From Octopus sinensis (taxonomy: Eukaryota), in assembly GCF_006345805.1 (NCBI RefSeq), contig NC_043022.1, forward strand, positions 7,316,001-7,380,000: a stretch of 64,000 bases of DNA. Direction: 5' to 3'. Shown in pieces: positions 62,215 to 64,000 of this stretch; the first letter of the stretch is position 1, and each line of letters begins with the position of its first letter. The notes beneath the pieces were generated by a model. It did not search any database, had not been told where the DNA came from, and was given only the letters and a program-made list of their open reading frames with translations. Made by a program: the position numbers and the translations under genes.

Positions 62215-62250
<36 letters not shown>

Positions 62251-63794
62251 GCTGTATATATAATGTGAGCGTGTGTATGTATGTATATGTACGTGTATGT
62301 ATATCTGCACAAACATCTCTGGTGCTTCTATAAATCACATAATACAATGATGCATCATGGGAAAACAACATTAAACAGAAATACTATTGATTATTTCTTA
62401 TCTCTCATTTTCAGCCTCTTGCTCTCCCCGTCTTCCTCTATCTCTCTCCCTCCCTCCCTCCCTCCCTCCCTCCTCCTCTCTCTCTCTCTCTTCACTATTT
62501 ATTTACAAAGTTTCCTACAATTACTCTCCTTCTCTTCATCTCTCCTTTCCCTCTACCACTGTACTGAGTCTCTTTCTCTCCGCCTCTCAAGCTTTTTCCT
62601 CTCATTCTATCCTTTGCCTTCATTTTGCTATAAGCTTTCTTTTTATCGTTGACTTCCTCTTTATATATTAGCCTCTCCTTTTTCTCTGTCTCTCTCTCCC
62701 CCCCTCTCTCTCTATATATATATACACACATATATATATATAAATATAGATGGATAGATAGATAGATAGATCTTTTGGTTTCATTTTTCTCTTGTTTGAC
62801 TGCTCTTTCTATCTTCCTTGTTTTCTCTTGTATTTAATTTCTTTTGCTCTTTTCGTTCTCCTCCTTCTTACTTCCTTCTCTGCTTTTATCCTCATCTTTC
62901 TTCTTCTCCTTTTAGTCCCCCCATTTGTCCCCTCTGCATATTTCCTATTATCCCTCAAAACCCCTTCTTTCTGTCGATCCTCCATCTCTTCAGTTCTCTA
63001 CATCACTTTCTCTTTGCAATCTCCCGATCTCTCCCTCTCTTTCAAATATCGATTTCTTACTTACATACACTCAGTAGCCGTAAACTTTTGGAGAGGAGGA
63101 GGACCATAGCCGATTAAATCGGAATCAATATTTAACAGACACTTATTTGATCGATCTCAGAATAATGAAAGGCGAAATCAAACCCAGCGGGATTTGAACT
63201 CATCTCTGAAAAATATGAACCATATTAACCTTGTTCTGTAATATCTAACCCCTAGTCCGTAGGGTCTTAGAAATGTTTACGAAAAGCGTGCCCTGAACCG
63301 CCTCTTCAGATTAAATTGAAACAAAAATGGCGGTCCCTCTTTGTATTCTCATAATTCTTTGCTTTATATTTTAGTTTTCTGTAGTCTCATACTTCGATCT
63401 GTCCATGGACGTTTCTAATAGATTATCATTTTTTTTTTCAATGAGAAGCCTTTAACTTCTAGATCAATCCTTTTCTATTTCTAGAGAAAATGGTATTTTG
63501 AATCATCTCCCGTGACTCTTCGAAGAATGCAACATAGCCAATTCTAAAAGAGAAATAAAGCAGTTAGGAAAATCAACACCAGAACTCTTTCAGAATTTGT
63601 TAATAAATATAATCAACCTATAGAAAGTAACAGGTAAAAATACTTGATGTATCTCAACAAATAATCTTTTGTATTCTTCTGGGAAAATTCACCGATAAGT
63701 TCAGAGAGTTTGTCAAAGACGTCTAAGGTGTCATAAGTCAGTCTTCTAGATACGTATGATCAGTTTCCATGGCTACAGTAATAATATTTTATTT

Positions 63795-63940
63795 ACTCTT
63801 TTACTCCTTTACTTGTTTCAGTCATTTGACTGCGGCCATGCTGCACCATCGCCTTTTTTAGTTAGAGAATCGACCCCAGGACATATTCTTTGTAAGCCTG
63901 GTACTTATTCTATCGGTCTCATTTGCCGAGTCGCTAAGTT
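63795..63940 (-). mobile_element. SINE family A, 3' fragment
   Basis: TACTTGTTTCAGTCATTTGACTGCGGCCATGCTG. Confidence 0.85.
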
Positions 63941-64000
63941 ATACCATTTAGAAAAATTACTCATTATAGAAAGATTAAATATAAGATAAAACATATAACA

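Noticed and set aside
63480-63760. Possible minus-strand exons in the unique AT-rich end of the window
   Set aside because: Open stretches are short, with no identifiable domain. RNA data would be needed.

Overview
Eukaryotic, AT-rich and microsatellite-dense intergenic or intronic DNA. It is most likely from an octopus; this is inferred from recognising the SINE and Helitron families, not from a search. No host protein-coding exon, rRNA, true tRNA or CRISPR array could be supported. The window is a nested set of mobile elements: three tRNA-derived SINE families (called A, B and C here), six non-autonomous Helitrons, a Helentron-like element, and decayed Tigger, mariner, Tc1, MULE, hAT-MITE, Gypsy-integrase, RTE, RLE-type and CR1 copies. 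There is a 100-N gap at 43913-44012. The best leads are: (1) a near full-length CR1-clade LINE (about 53.2-58.0 kb) whose ORF1 appears to join a Myb/SANT-like helix-turn-helix to four CCCH zinc fingers; (2) SINE-B1, which lands at NNTA (mostly GGTA) sites, including the same site inside its own family, and builds head-to-tail chains; (3) (TA)n-abutting Penelope-like repeats carrying a circularly permuted, type II-like hammerhead motif; (4) a near-perfect 150-bp foldback palindrome; (5) an inverted RTE pair that could form long dsRNA; (6) a short CpG-rich island with a CLEAR/E-box and a CRE. All coordinates were read by eye, so ends may be off by a few bases.
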